64,000 bases of DNA from Bacteroidota bacterium (GCA_046051105.1 JBJOOU010000308.1:2767-66766); one strand, 5' to 3'. Shown: positions 48,784-58,818, numbered from the stretch's first letter. Notes: a model not told the origin generated them from the sequence alone. Made by a program: numbers and translations.

Positions 48784-49674
48784 TTATTTTTCGAATTCGA
48801 AGGTGAAACTTCCAATTCGGTTCCCATCGGCGAAAAATTCAGCTCTGTACGTTCCTTTTGGTAGAATTTCACCTACTTTCCAGTACATTACATCGCTGTG
48901 TGCTTCACCGGTGTATTCAAATTTCTTTGAAACTGAATATTCAATATTTTTATTTTCGTATGCAAAGGTACTTCCTTTTGTAAGTACATCGTCATCAGGT
49001 CGGGTAATGCGTAGGTAAACCGTTTTGTCACCTGTAGAAGCTGTAATGTTTTTGCCCACGGTGAAGTTGAATTGCAAACTGGCCGTTGATGTAAACCAAC
49101 CGGTCTTTTTACCTTTGCTGTTCAATGGAGTCATGCTAAAGTTGGTTACCTCGAGGATAGAGGCGCGCGACACCACTTTATTCAAACTTTCTTTATCTTT
49201 CGATAGTTGCTCTACCGTTTGTGATGCTTCCTGAAATTTGCGTTTTACTTCAACGTTTTCAGTCCTAAGCACATGGTTGGCTTTGTTTAGCGAATCGATC
49301 TGATTTACATACTGAATCATTACTTTGCGTACTGTAAACAGCTCTTGTTTGAGTTGTGCTATTTTACGTGCATTGGTCGACTTGGTAATGCGCAATTCGT
49401 CCAACAATTGTTGAACCTTTGTTTTCTGATCGTTAAGTAATTGTACCAATGAGTCGTTGTGAATGTTGGAGGTATATCCGTCAAATTCATGACTCATGTT
49501 AGCATATTCTTTTTGAAGTTGTTCTTTTTCAAAACTCATTTGCTCAGTGATTTCGGCCATCTCGGCTTCTTTCTGTTGAGCCTGACGCACGAAGTAGAAA
49601 ACTGCAAACACCAAAATGATGATGATGGCAGCACCCGAACTTAGAAGAATCAGATTTCGTTTTTTAGGATCCAT
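48784..49674 (-). CDS. Hypothetical single-TM coiled-coil protein with C-terminal beta domain
   Basis: N-terminal TM, long heptad-rich region, beta-rich C-terminus. Confidence 0.8.
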   Translation of the reverse strand: MDPKKRNLILLSSGAAIIIILVFAVFYFVRQAQQKEAEMAEITEQMSFEKEQLQKEYANMSHEFDGYTSNIHNDSLVQLLNDQKTKVQQLLDELRITKSTNARKIAQLKQELFTVRKVMIQYVNQIDSLNKANHVLRTENVEVKRKFQEASQTVEQLSKDKESLNKVVSRASILEVTNFSMTPLNSKGKKTGWFTSTASLQFNFTVGKNITASTGDKTVYLRITRPDDDVLTKGSTFAYENKNIEYSVSKKFEYTGEAHSDVMYWKVGEILPKGTYRAEFFADGNRIGSFTFEFEK

Positions 49675-49692
49675 TTTTAAATAAAAATCGGT

Positions 49693-50994
49693 TTATAATG
49701 AAGATAGTGTTTTTTCTAATTTGATGCCACGCGAACCTTTTATGAGAACATAGCTGTCATAAATAGGTGATGCAACGAGGGCTTGAATTAGCTCATCAAC
49801 GTGGTCGAATGTTTTGAAATTATTCTGTGTTTTAGAGAATTCAGGACCTACCAAAAATACTTGCTGGAGGTTGTTCTTAACTAAAAGGTCAATAATGTAT
49901 TGGTGTTCGGTAGCCGACTGATCACCTAATTCAAGCATATCACCCAGGATTAATACTTTATTGGCAACATTCATTTGAGCAAAATTCAGCACAGCCGCCT
50001 TCATACTGGTCGGGTTGGCATTGTAAGCATCTACCACAAGTTTGTTTCGTTCGGTTACAGTTAGTTGCGATCTGTTGTTTTGAGGTACGTAACTTTCAAG
50101 ACCATTTTTTATTTGCTCGGCTGTAAGGCCGAAATAGCGTCCAATGGTAGCCGCCGCCAATATGTTTTCAGAATTATAAGTGCCAATCAGTTGTGTCGAT
50201 ATTTCAAATTCGCTCTCGCCGGCAGGTTTACATTTTACACTTAAAAATGGTGAGCAGTCTGTAATTGTACCACATAATGATAAATTTTCACACTGATCGC
50301 TCACAGCATACTTTTGAAGATACTCATCCGTTAATCCTGACTTATGCGCCATGTTTGTCAGGTGTTCATTTCCTGCATTGATGAATACTTTTTTACCTGC
50401 TTTCAGGATGAAATCATATAGTTCAGCCTTGGTTTTCATTACTCCTTCAAAAGAGCCAAATCCTTCGAGATGAGCTTTTCCTACATTGGTGATAATACCA
50501 AAATCCGGACGAGCTATTTCGGTAAGAAATGCAATTTCACCCTGATGATTAGCCCCCATTTCTATAACCGCTAACTCATGATTTTTGTTGAGCTGCAACA
50601 GGGTAAGAGGTACTCCGATATGATTATTCAGGTTGCCCTGGGTGTAATGGATATTATATTTTTCTTTCAACACTGAAGCAATTAATTCCTTCGATGTCGT
50701 TTTGCCATTTGTTCCGGTTATACCAATAATAGTTGTTCCTAATTGCTCTCTGTGATAGCGAGCCAATGCTTGCAAAGCCTCCAGAGTATTATTCACCAAA
50801 ATGAAGCGTTCGTCTATCGCAAACTCTGCTTCGTCGACAACTGCATAAGCGCATCCTTTTTCCAAAGCTCCAAGCGCAAAAGAATTTGCATTGAAATTGT
50901 CACCTTTCAATGCAAAGAATATGGAGCCTTTCGGACAGTTGCGACTGTCGGTACAGATAACAGGATGTTGGAGGAACAGATTATATAGCTGCAT
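49693..50994 (-). CDS. murF: UDP-MurNAc-tripeptide--D-Ala-D-Ala ligase
   Basis: TDSR, ITGTNGKTT, GNLNNHIGVP, EMGANH, DAYNANP, LGDMLELG and KGSRG. Confidence 0.97.
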   Translation of the reverse strand: MQLYNLFLQHPVICTDSRNCPKGSIFFALKGDNFNANSFALGALEKGCAYAVVDEAEFAIDERFILVNNTLEALQALARYHREQLGTTIIGITGTNGKTTSKELIASVLKEKYNIHYTQGNLNNHIGVPLTLLQLNKNHELAVIEMGANHQGEIAFLTEIARPDFGIITNVGKAHLEGFGSFEGVMKTKAELYDFILKAGKKVFINAGNEHLTNMAHKSGLTDEYLQKYAVSDQCENLSLCGTITDCSPFLSVKCKPAGESEFEISTQLIGTYNSENILAAATIGRYFGLTAEQIKNGLESYVPQNNRSQLTVTERNKLVVDAYNANPTSMKAAVLNFAQMNVANKVLILGDMLELGDQSATEHQYIIDLLVKNNLQQVFLVGPEFSKTQNNFKTFDHVDELIQALVASPIYDSYVLIKGSRGIKLEKTLSSL

Positions 50995-51041
50995 ATAAAT
51001 CAATTCGTTTGGAGTGAAATTTAAATTTCCGGGCTGTTGTG

Positions 51042-51737
51042 TTAGAATTCGTAACCGAATGAAACGTACCAGCCACCTTCGTAGAGTTTGCGGTTCGAAC
51101 CTTCATTCAGATTAAGTATGCCATAATCGTAACCACTTTTCAGCATAAATTTTTTCCATTGAAGGCCGGCGCCAAGTCCCACCTGAAGGTTCAGTCGGTT
51201 AAGCAAGGATGACTTGTACAAATTTTCAGATTTGCTGGTAATTCCTGTGAAATTCACACTTGTCGTGTCAAGGGTTGAAACAATGCCTCTGATTTTGCGA
51301 AGGCCAAAATTCAAATTTGGACCACCATATACATACGCTTTCAGGTTTTTGTTGAACGGTATGCTGTACTGCAATCGAAGAGGTATGTCAATTGATTGTC
51401 CGTATGTGAAATACTGAACATAGGTGTATTGCTTGTAGTTTTGCAGCTTGTTTGAGTATACCACATTGAACAAAACGCCGGTAAGTAAGCTGAGATTTTT
51501 GTGTTTTGTAGAGCTGAGTTCTACGTTCAAGCCTGCTCTGAAGTTATTGTAATAAGTAGTACTGGTGTCTTTGTCCTCGAAGCGGGAACTACGTAAACCG
51601 GTGTTTTTATATCCAATTTCAAGTTTGTAATTTACTTGAAGCTTGTTTTTCTTTTCTTCTTTCTTTTTTTGAGCAAAAACTGTGGAGCAGGTAATCACGA
51701 ATACTGCAAGAATAAGATTTCGAAATGATAAATTCAT
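51042..51737 (-). CDS. Small outer-membrane beta-barrel (PorT/OMP_b-brl-like)
   Basis: Signal peptide VFA-Q, amphipathic strands, YGGP motif, C-terminal GYEF. Confidence 0.78.
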   Translation of the reverse strand: MNLSFRNLILAVFVITCSTVFAQKKKEEKKNKLQVNYKLEIGYKNTGLRSSRFEDKDTSTTYYNNFRAGLNVELSSTKHKNLSLLTGVLFNVVYSNKLQNYKQYTYVQYFTYGQSIDIPLRLQYSIPFNKNLKAYVYGGPNLNFGLRKIRGIVSTLDTTSVNFTGITSKSENLYKSSLLNRLNLQVGLGAGLQWKKFMLKSGYDYGILNLNEGSNRKLYEGGWYVSFGYEF

Positions 51738-51993
51738 ATCTGATGTATTGTATGTTTTATTACATTGGATGCTTGAATTCATGCGTTTGTACTCGATGAG
51801 GTCTCAAACGATGATAAGCCTAAAAAATCAGGAACAAAGATAGCTTTTTTTTAGCAATAAACTTCTTGCTATTTTAGCATTTGGTGCTTATTATCTGTTT
51901 TTAACTACAAGTGCATCTGGCTTAACTAGTTTTCACGAAAAAGATGTGTAAATGAGTAAATAGATTTGAAAATGAATGATTTGTTTCGAAAAA

Positions 51994-52033
51994 AAAGCAA
52001 TCCTGACTGATTAACATCAGTCAGGATTGCTTT
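51994..52033 (-). terminator. Terminator after tmRNA
   Basis: Perfect 17-bp arms AAAGCAATCCTGACTGA/TCAGTCAGGATTGCTTT with plus-strand A-run. Confidence 0.88.
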
Positions 52034-52049
52034 CAAATTTGTGTTTTTG

Positions 52050-52443
52050 TGGAGCTGGAGGGAGTCGAACCCTCGTCCAAACAAGGAAACGATAAGCTTT
52101 CTACATGTTTATCTTCGCTTTGATTTTCGTGCGTAGGCAAGACCGAAGCCACCAACCTGCGCCTTATCCTCTTAATTTCATCATGCCCCCAAGGCTGAGC
52201 ACGACTATCTCCGATTTAGCTGCACCTCCGTATCATCAGCCTCGAAGCGACGGCCTTTGGGTGGTGTCTCGTCCAGTCACCTAGTGTCCGGATTAAGCTC
52301 GATCTACTATGATTCGATTAAGCAGCAAGAGCGTAGTTATTTTCGCCAGTTATAATTTTGAGACCCTGGATTTACGAGCTGTTTTCTCAAAGCTCGACAT
52401 GCTTACATATGATTTCTACCTGCTGTCAAAACCAAACAGCCCC
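52050..52443 (-). ncRNA. ssrA: tmRNA
   Basis: 5' GGGGCTGTTTGGTTTTGAC, 3' GAGGGTTCGACTCCCTCCAGCTCCA with G3-U acceptor pair; tag frame 52347-52318 = GENNYALAA*. Confidence 0.97.
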
Positions 52444-52449
52444 TTTTTA

Positions 52450-52537
52450 ATTGATAATTGATAATTCACGATTGGCGGTTGATTTTTTATCAACTATCCA
52501 TTGTTCATTGTCAATTATCAACTATCATTTATCATTT
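52450..52537. repeat. Degenerate heptamer repeats forming an inverted hairpin
   Basis: ATTGATA ATTGATA ATTCACG ATTGGCG GTTGATT // ATCAACT ATCCATT GTTCATT GTCAATT ATCAACT ATCATTT ATCATTT. Confidence 0.75.
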
Positions 52538-54056
52538 ATTTCGCATAACTTACCGCGCGGGTTTCACGGATAACCGTGATTTTAACCTGACCCGGATAAG
52601 TCATTTCATCCTGAATTTTCTTCGCAATATCGAATGATAATAATTCAGTTTCTTTATCGTCAATTTTGTCGGCTCCCACGATCACGCGTAGTTCACGACC
52701 AGCCTGAATAGCGTATGTTTTAAGTACGCCTGGATATGAAAGAGCCAGATTTTCAAGGTCGTTGAGACGTTTGATGTAGGCTTCTACAATTTCACGACGT
52801 GCTCCCGGACGTGCTCCTGAAATAGCGTCACATACCTGAACAATTGGCGCAATAAGCGACTCCATTTCCACTTCGTCGTGGTGAGCTCCAATGGCGTTAC
52901 AAATATCGGGTTTTTCTTTGTATTTTTCAGCAAGTCGCATACCAAGAATTGCGTGTGGCAATTCCGGTTCGTCATCCGGCACCTTTCCTATGTCATGGAG
53001 TAGACCGGCGCGTTTCGCTTTCTTCGGATTTAGTCCAAGTTCTGATGCCATAGTGGCACACAGATTTGCAACTTCGCGTGAGTGCTGCAACAGGTTTTGT
53101 CCGTAAGACGAACGGTATTTCATCTTTCCTACCATGCGGATTAGTTCAGGGTGGAGTCCATGTATACCCAGGTCGATGGTAGTACGCTTACCAATTTCGA
53201 TGATTTCTTCTTCGATTTGTTTGCGAACTTTGTTCACCACTTCTTCGATTCGAGCAGGGTGGATACGTCCGTCAGTCACCAACTGGTGAAGTGAAAGGCG
53301 TGCAATTTCGCGACGAACCGGGTCGAACGCAGAAAGTACAATCGCCTCAGGGGTATCATCAACAATGATTTCAACGCCTGTTGCTGCTTCCAGTGCACGA
53401 ATGTTGCGCCCTTCGCGACCAATGATTCTACCTTTGATTTCATCAGATTCAATGTGGAATACGGTCACTGAATTTTCGATTGCAGTTTCGGTGGCTACAC
53501 GTTGAATGCTTTGAATGACGATTTTTTTTGCCTCTTTATTCGCCGTCATTTTAGCCTCTTCCATAATGTCGTTGATGTACGACATGGCATCAGTTTTGGC
53601 TTCGTCTTTCAAAGCTTCCACTAGTCGTTCTTTGGCCTGGTCTGCTGATAAACCCGAAATAGTTTCAAGCTCCTGTTGAGCCTGGTGGAGCATGTGATCC
53701 AATTCTTTACGACGAGCTTCTATCGTTGCTAATTGCTGCTCGTAATGATCCTTTTGGGATTCTACTTCGTTTGTTTTGCGCTGAACTTCGCTTTGTTTCT
53801 GGTTTAGTTGCATTTCGCGTTGCTGTAGCTTGTTTTCGCGCTCTTGCAATTTCGCGTTGCGTTCATGTACCAGTTGTTCGTGTTCAGCTTTCAGGGCTAT
53901 AAATTTCTCTTTAGCTTCTATCATCTTATTCTTTTTGATGAGTTCGGCTTCGGCTTCGGCTTCCTGTATTTTCTTTTTACTCAGGAAACGAACGAAAACA
54001 AAAGTACCGCCCGCACCCAGAATAAGAGCAATCGCTGCTGCTATTATAATTTCCAT
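52536..54056 (-). CDS. rny: Ribonuclease Y
   Basis: N-terminal TM, coiled coil, KH domain ([13 protein letters not shown]) and HD domain (GLLHDIGK). Confidence 0.97.
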   Translation of the reverse strand: MEIIIAAAIALILGAGGTFVFVRFLSKKKIQEAEAEAELIKKNKMIEAKEKFIALKAEHEQLVHERNAKLQERENKLQQREMQLNQKQSEVQRKTNEVESQKDHYEQQLATIEARRKELDHMLHQAQQELETISGLSADQAKERLVEALKDEAKTDAMSYINDIMEEAKMTANKEAKKIVIQSIQRVATETAIENSVTVFHIESDEIKGRIIGREGRNIRALEAATGVEIIVDDTPEAIVLSAFDPVRREIARLSLHQLVTDGRIHPARIEEVVNKVRKQIEEEIIEIGKRTTIDLGIHGLHPELIRMVGKMKYRSSYGQNLLQHSREVANLCATMASELGLNPKKAKRAGLLHDIGKVPDDEPELPHAILGMRLAEKYKEKPDICNAIGAHHDEVEMESLIAPIVQVCDAISGARPGARREIVEAYIKRLNDLENLALSYPGVLKTYAIQAGRELRVIVGADKIDDKETELLSFDIAKKIQDEMTYPGQVKITVIRETRAVSYAK

Positions 54057-54123
54057 GTTTGAAACGTTGTTTAGTTATTTATTCGTGAGTTGTTATTGTG
54101 TTGAATTAGATTTTTATTGAAAT

Positions 54124-54191
54124 AAAAAACGCATCACGCTGTAGTAGTAGTTCTTTGAATGAACGAAGAAATACATCTGCAACGAAATGCG
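54124..54191 (-). other. Imperfect hairpin plus U-tract in zapA-rny spacer (terminator/attenuator or small RNA)
   Basis: Minus strand CGCAUUUCGUUG...CAGCGUGAUGCG followed by UUUUUU. Confidence 0.55.
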
Positions 54192-54224
54192 GCAAATTTG
54201 AAATTGTATACGGTTGAGAACGAT

Positions 54225-54521
54225 TTATTTCTGTGATAAAAGCTGCTTAAGCTCTTCGTCAAGAGCCTTCAGTTTTTCCACTAAAGGTACAGTATCTTCG
54301 GCTACCTCTTTTTTTGAGACCATTACGGCCAATTGGTAGGCTACTAAAATGAGAATTTCTTCGGTGGAACGCTGATTGAATTTTGCCTGATAATCATTGA
54401 GATATCTGACAAGCAACTTCTCAGCCTTGCGATACACTTCCTCGTCATTACGAGCGATGCGTAACGGAAGCTTTAGTCCGCCGATTTGTACGTGTATTAA
54501 AAAGTTATCGTCTTTTTCCAT
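54225..54521 (-). CDS. zapA: Cell division protein ZapA
   Basis: 98 aa, I.V.IGG...L.I..DEE.YRKA pattern, syntenic with rny. Confidence 0.82.
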   Translation of the reverse strand: MEKDDNFLIHVQIGGLKLPLRIARNDEEVYRKAEKLLVRYLNDYQAKFNQRSTEEILILVAYQLAVMVSKKEVAEDTVPLVEKLKALDEELKQLLSQK

Positions 54522-54526
54522 GTGCT

Positions 54527-54820
54527 CTATTCATCCAAAAGAGCTATACATTTGTCAATTTCCCGCACCATTTTTGCAATTTGTTGCCTGGACTCCGCTT
54601 TTTCTGCGTCCGAAAGTCCGATGTTTTTGGCAAGTTGCAAATGGTCGTAATTTTTTCGAAGTTCAAGAACTTCCTGATGAGCATGCATTAAGTCTGTCTG
54701 TTTTCGATCAAGCTCTGCTTTCAACCGGATGTTTTGTTCCTGTAATGACTGATACTCCGAAATTAGTTTCCGCAGTTTTGATTCAAATCCGCTTATAAGT
54801 TCATCGTAATTGTTAGCCAT
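54527..54820 (-). CDS. ZapB-like coiled-coil protein
   Basis: 97-aa coiled coil ending MVREIDKCIALL, directly upstream of zapA. Confidence 0.75.
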   Translation of the reverse strand: MANNYDELISGFESKLRKLISEYQSLQEQNIRLKAELDRKQTDLMHAHQEVLELRKNYDHLQLAKNIGLSDAEKAESRQQIAKMVREIDKCIALLDE

Positions 54821-54986
54821 TTTTCAAAAAAATCTACACAAAAATAAGCTTTTGGTTTGATATAATAAAATGTTTTCTGTTTTTTTGATCGAATCGGTAG
54901 TTTAATCTTGTTGTTACTTCCATGAAATATTTTCGTGAGCAGGATTCCAATCTTTAGTATTTGCCATATGTATTTCGGTCGCGAAA

Positions 54987-56660
54987 TTAGCTGCCTACGA
55001 TTTTTTGTGCTCTTTGCAGGGCTATATTAATGTTTCTGCATACATTCTCTTCACCCAGTTTTTCTACCACTCCCGCTTTTTTAAGTACATCGTATACGTT
55101 TTCATTTACGCCCGAAAGCAGTAGCTGAATTTTATCGCGGGATGAAAGTTTAATAAGATTTTCCAGATTGTGCAGTCCGGTTGAATCAATAAAGGGGACT
55201 TTTCGCATGCGGATGATTCGTATTTTAGGAGAATCGCCAATCTGTTTCATCGTTTCTTCAAATTTGTTGGCAATTCCAAAGAAAAATGGTCCTTCAATTT
55301 CGTACACTTCTACACCTTTGGGTAAAATTAGTTTTTCGTTGTCAGTGGTTCCTTCCACATATACTGATTGTGATACTTCGTTCTTGAAAATGGCGATATT
55401 GGTTGTTTCAGAAATACGACGCAGGAATAGCAATACGGCTAACAGAAGTCCGACTTCAATGGCGATGGTAAGATTAAAAATTACCGTTAATAAGAAGGTG
55501 CTAATCAATACAGCAACGTCAGATTTTGGACTTTTTAGCAGTGCTTTGAAAGTGCGCCAGTCGCTCATATTGTAGGACACAATGAAAAGGATGCCCGCGA
55601 GACACGCCATAGGGATATGTTTTGTAAGTCCTCCCAGAAACTGTAAGATAAATAATAGAACAAATGCATGAATAATTCCTGCAACTGGTGTGCGTCCGCC
55701 GTTGTTTACGTTGGTCATAGTGCGGGCGATGGCTCCAGTCACTGGTATTCCTCCAAATATGGGCACTATCATATTGGCAATGCCTTGTGCTATAAGTTCG
55801 GTGTTGGAGTCGTGACTGTCGCCTATTACACCATCGGCAACCGTTGCCGACAATAGAGATACGATAGCTGCTAGGATGGCAATGGTGAAGCCGGTGGGAA
55901 TGAGGGTTTGAATGGTTTCAAAATCCATAACCGGTGTGTGGGCAGTGGGAATGGATGTGTTTATCTTAAATCTATCAGCGATAGTTTCGATTCCTGTGAT
56001 ACCCATTTTTTCGCGTAGAAAATAGGCCACGATGGTTATTATTATAATGGTGAAAAGAAATCCGGGGATTTTCCTTGTGATTTTGGGAGCCAATATGATG
56101 AGCAGGATGGAAGCTACGCCTACGCCTAGCGACCATAGGTTGACGGAGTTCATGTGTTGGAAATAGGTGATCCACTTATGTATAAAATCTACCGGCAGTT
56201 TGCCTGTTTGTAGTCCAAAAAAATCTTTTACCTGCGACGAGAAAATACCAACCGCTATCCCGCTATTTAGTCCGATGATAATTGGGTAAGGGATGAATTT
56301 GATAACTGTTCCCATTTTTAGTAATCCCATGGCGATCAGCATTAGTCCTGCTATCATCGTTGCAACGGCAAGACCCGCAATTCCATAGGTTTGAATAACC
56401 CCATACACCACCACGATTAATGCGCCGGTTGGGCCACCAATTTGAACCTTGCTGCCACCAAAGAATGAAATCAAGAAACCTGCTATTATGGTTGTATAGA
56501 GTCCTTTCTCGGGGGTGACGCCTGATGCTATTCCAAATGCAATGGCAAGTGGTAGTGCTACAATGCCTACAATTAGGCCTGCATTCAGATCGGCGTAAAA
56601 CTGTTTCTTCGAATATTTTTCGAGTGTACTGAGTAACTGGGGACGAAACGGGGTATTCAT
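54987..56660 (-). CDS. SulP/SLC26 family anion transporter with STAS domain
   Basis: VALPLAIAF, QIGGPTG, TGAIART and GPFFFG...IDSTG motifs. Confidence 0.93.
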   Translation of the reverse strand: MNTPFRPQLLSTLEKYSKKQFYADLNAGLIVGIVALPLAIAFGIASGVTPEKGLYTTIIAGFLISFFGGSKVQIGGPTGALIVVVYGVIQTYGIAGLAVATMIAGLMLIAMGLLKMGTVIKFIPYPIIIGLNSGIAVGIFSSQVKDFFGLQTGKLPVDFIHKWITYFQHMNSVNLWSLGVGVASILLIILAPKITRKIPGFLFTIIIITIVAYFLREKMGITGIETIADRFKINTSIPTAHTPVMDFETIQTLIPTGFTIAILAAIVSLLSATVADGVIGDSHDSNTELIAQGIANMIVPIFGGIPVTGAIARTMTNVNNGGRTPVAGIIHAFVLLFILQFLGGLTKHIPMACLAGILFIVSYNMSDWRTFKALLKSPKSDVAVLISTFLLTVIFNLTIAIEVGLLLAVLLFLRRISETTNIAIFKNEVSQSVYVEGTTDNEKLILPKGVEVYEIEGPFFFGIANKFEETMKQIGDSPKIRIIRMRKVPFIDSTGLHNLENLIKLSSRDKIQLLLSGVNENVYDVLKKAGVVEKLGEENVCRNINIALQRAQKIVGS

Positions 56661-56850
56661 TTTTAAAGAATTTATAAAAAGATGTGCAAAGGTAAGGCAT
56701 TTTGAAGAAAATTGTCCTGATAAGAATATATTTCGTGTTGAAAACTGTTATATAGTGCGCAAACAAAAATATGTTTTCTAACTTTTTTATTGGTTTTGCG
56801 TTACATTGTCTGAAATGTGTAATTTTGTACTTTAAACTTTTAAAAATTAT

Positions 56851-58635
56851 ATGTGGAAGATCAATCCTTTTAATTATAGCCGTCGTGCGGCTAAAACAAT
56901 TCAGATAGGCGGCCTGCAGCTGGGTGGCGATCAGCCGGTGAGGGTGCAAACAATGGCGAATACAGATACCAATGATATTGAAAATTCTGTTGCGCAGTGC
57001 GAACGTGTGGTGCAGGCGGGTGCCGATATTTTGCGTTTCACCACGCAGGGCATTCGCGAAGCCGAGAGTGTAGGCAAAATTCACGATCAAATTCGTGCAA
57101 AGGGATTGAACATTCCTTTGGTGGCTGACATTCATTTTAATGCCAATGCTGCAGATGTAGCCGCCACTTACGTTGAAAAAGTGCGTATTAATCCGGGTAA
57201 TTATGTTGGTAGCATTAAACCGGGAGATACTTCGGATTATACAGATGAAGAATTTGCAGCCGAATTCCAGAAAATCAAGGAACGCTTTGTTCCATTTCTT
57301 GAAATCTGTAAGAAAAATAATACTGCCATTCGTTTAGGAGTGAATCATGGATCGTTGAGCGATCGTATGATGAATCGTTATGGCGATACTCCTCAGGGAA
57401 TGGTGGCTTCCTGCATGGAATTTCTATGTATTTGTCAGGAGCAGGAGTTTTATAATGTGGTGATTTCTATGAAAACCTCTAATACCGTGATGATGGTTCA
57501 TACGGTACGTTTGTTGGTGTCGGAAATGGAAGCTGCCGGATTGAATTATCCAATTCACCTGGGCGTAACTGAAGCTGGTGATGGAGAAGATGGTCGGATC
57601 AAATCGGCGGTAGGTATCGGAGCCTTGTTGTCGGATGGTGTGGGCGATACTGTGCGTGTTTCGTTAAGCGAAGATCCTGAGTTCGAAGTGCCGGTAGGCC
57701 GTTTGCTGGTGGCGTATACATCGGAACGTGCCGGTCATCCGGCTATTGAGGCTACCGCTTTTGAAGGACACAATAATTTTGAATATAGCCGTAAAGAAAC
57801 AAATGTGGTGGGCAATATCGGTGGCGAAAATGTGCCGGTGGTGATTGCTACTTCGGACGGTGGATTTGCTACTGTGCCGGATTATATTCTTTCGGGTGGA
57901 AAAGTACAAGCACCAAGTGGCGATTTGTACTCTATTTATACTGCAAGTCAATTGGATGAACTGAAGGCTGATGCTTCAGAGATCAAGTTCCTGAAACTAA
58001 GCTATGCTGATTTAACACCCGCTGTATTGGAACTGCTAAAATCAAGTTCAGATGTAGTTGTCTTGTTATATACTACACATATCAATATTGTAGGTGAACA
58101 ACGGGCGGTTTTCCATACTTTCCTGAACGAAGGAATTAAAGTGCCGGTAATTTTGTATCGTCAGTATGCCGAAAATGATCTTCAGGCATTGCAAATTAAA
58201 GCAGCAGCGGATAGCGGTGTGATGTTTATCGATGGCTTTGGTGATGGTATTTTGCTTGAAAATAAAGGAAATATTTCTGTTGAGGCGGTTAACTCAGTTG
58301 CGTTTGGAATTCTTCAGGCGGCTCGTGTGCGTGTTACCAAAACAGAATTTATTTCTTGTCCGGGTTGCGGGCGTACCATGTTTAAACTTCAATCGGTGGT
58401 GGCACGTGTAAAAGCGCGTACATCTCATCTGAAAGGTTTGAAAATTGCTATAATGGGATGTGTGGTAAATGGTCCGGGCGAAATGGCGGACGCCGATTAT
58501 GGTTACGTGGGTGCTGGTCGTGGAAAAGTAAGCTTGTATAAAAAGAAGAATTGTCTGGAAAAAAATATCAACGAAGAGGACGCTGTAGATAAGCTGATTG
58601 AATTGATAAAAGACAATGGTGATTGGCACGAATAA
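56851..58635 (+). CDS. ispG: HMBPP synthase (long form with central insertion)
   Basis: PLVADIHF, RINPGN, GVNHGSL, HLGVTEAG, SCPGCGRT and MGCVVNGPGE. Confidence 0.97.
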   Translation: MWKINPFNYSRRAAKTIQIGGLQLGGDQPVRVQTMANTDTNDIENSVAQCERVVQAGADILRFTTQGIREAESVGKIHDQIRAKGLNIPLVADIHFNANAADVAATYVEKVRINPGNYVGSIKPGDTSDYTDEEFAAEFQKIKERFVPFLEICKKNNTAIRLGVNHGSLSDRMMNRYGDTPQGMVASCMEFLCICQEQEFYNVVISMKTSNTVMMVHTVRLLVSEMEAAGLNYPIHLGVTEAGDGEDGRIKSAVGIGALLSDGVGDTVRVSLSEDPEFEVPVGRLLVAYTSERAGHPAIEATAFEGHNNFEYSRKETNVVGNIGGENVPVVIATSDGGFATVPDYILSGGKVQAPSGDLYSIYTASQLDELKADASEIKFLKLSYADLTPAVLELLKSSSDVVVLLYTTHINIVGEQRAVFHTFLNEGIKVPVILYRQYAENDLQALQIKAAADSGVMFIDGFGDGILLENKGNISVEAVNSVAFGILQAARVRVTKTEFISCPGCGRTMFKLQSVVARVKARTSHLKGLKIAIMGCVVNGPGEMADADYGYVGAGRGKVSLYKKKNCLEKNINEEDAVDKLIELIKDNGDWHE

Positions 58636-58655
58636 ATAATTAACTGACAAGTGAT

Positions 58656-58720
58656 AACGGACGGCAGGCGGCAGCGTTTCTTTATGAAGAAGTTGTTATC
58701 TGTTGTCCGTCTTGTTTTTC
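58656..58720 (+). terminator. G-U-rich terminator-like hairpin after ispG
   Basis: ACGGACGGCAGGCGGCAGC...GTTGTTATCTGTTGTCCGT, then a T-rich tail. Confidence 0.55.
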
Positions 58721-58818
58721 TTTGTCAAATCGGTGGAAAAATAGTATTTTTGCACCCTGATTTACAAATGGCTACCTCAGGAGCTGTTGGTGTAACATAA
58801 ATAAACTATCAAAAACTA

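Noticed and set aside
51740-52050. Possible integrated element at the tmRNA 3' end
   Set aside because: No integrase and no duplicated 3' end; a normal terminator follows directly, so the site looks empty.
52050-52085. tRNA-like T-arm
   Set aside because: It is the 3' tRNA-like domain of the tmRNA, not a separate tRNA gene.
56851-58635. Unusually long IspG and the Lys/Glu-rich insert in Pgk
   Set aside because: To my knowledge both are ordinary features of Bacteroidota orthologues.
58752-58803. SAM-II-like pattern (GCACC-CTGATTT...GGTGT...TAAAT) before metF
   Set aside because: The 5' P1 strand overlaps the -7 promoter and is probably not transcribed, and the 3' conserved SAM-II segment is missing. 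Kept only as a generic leader finding.
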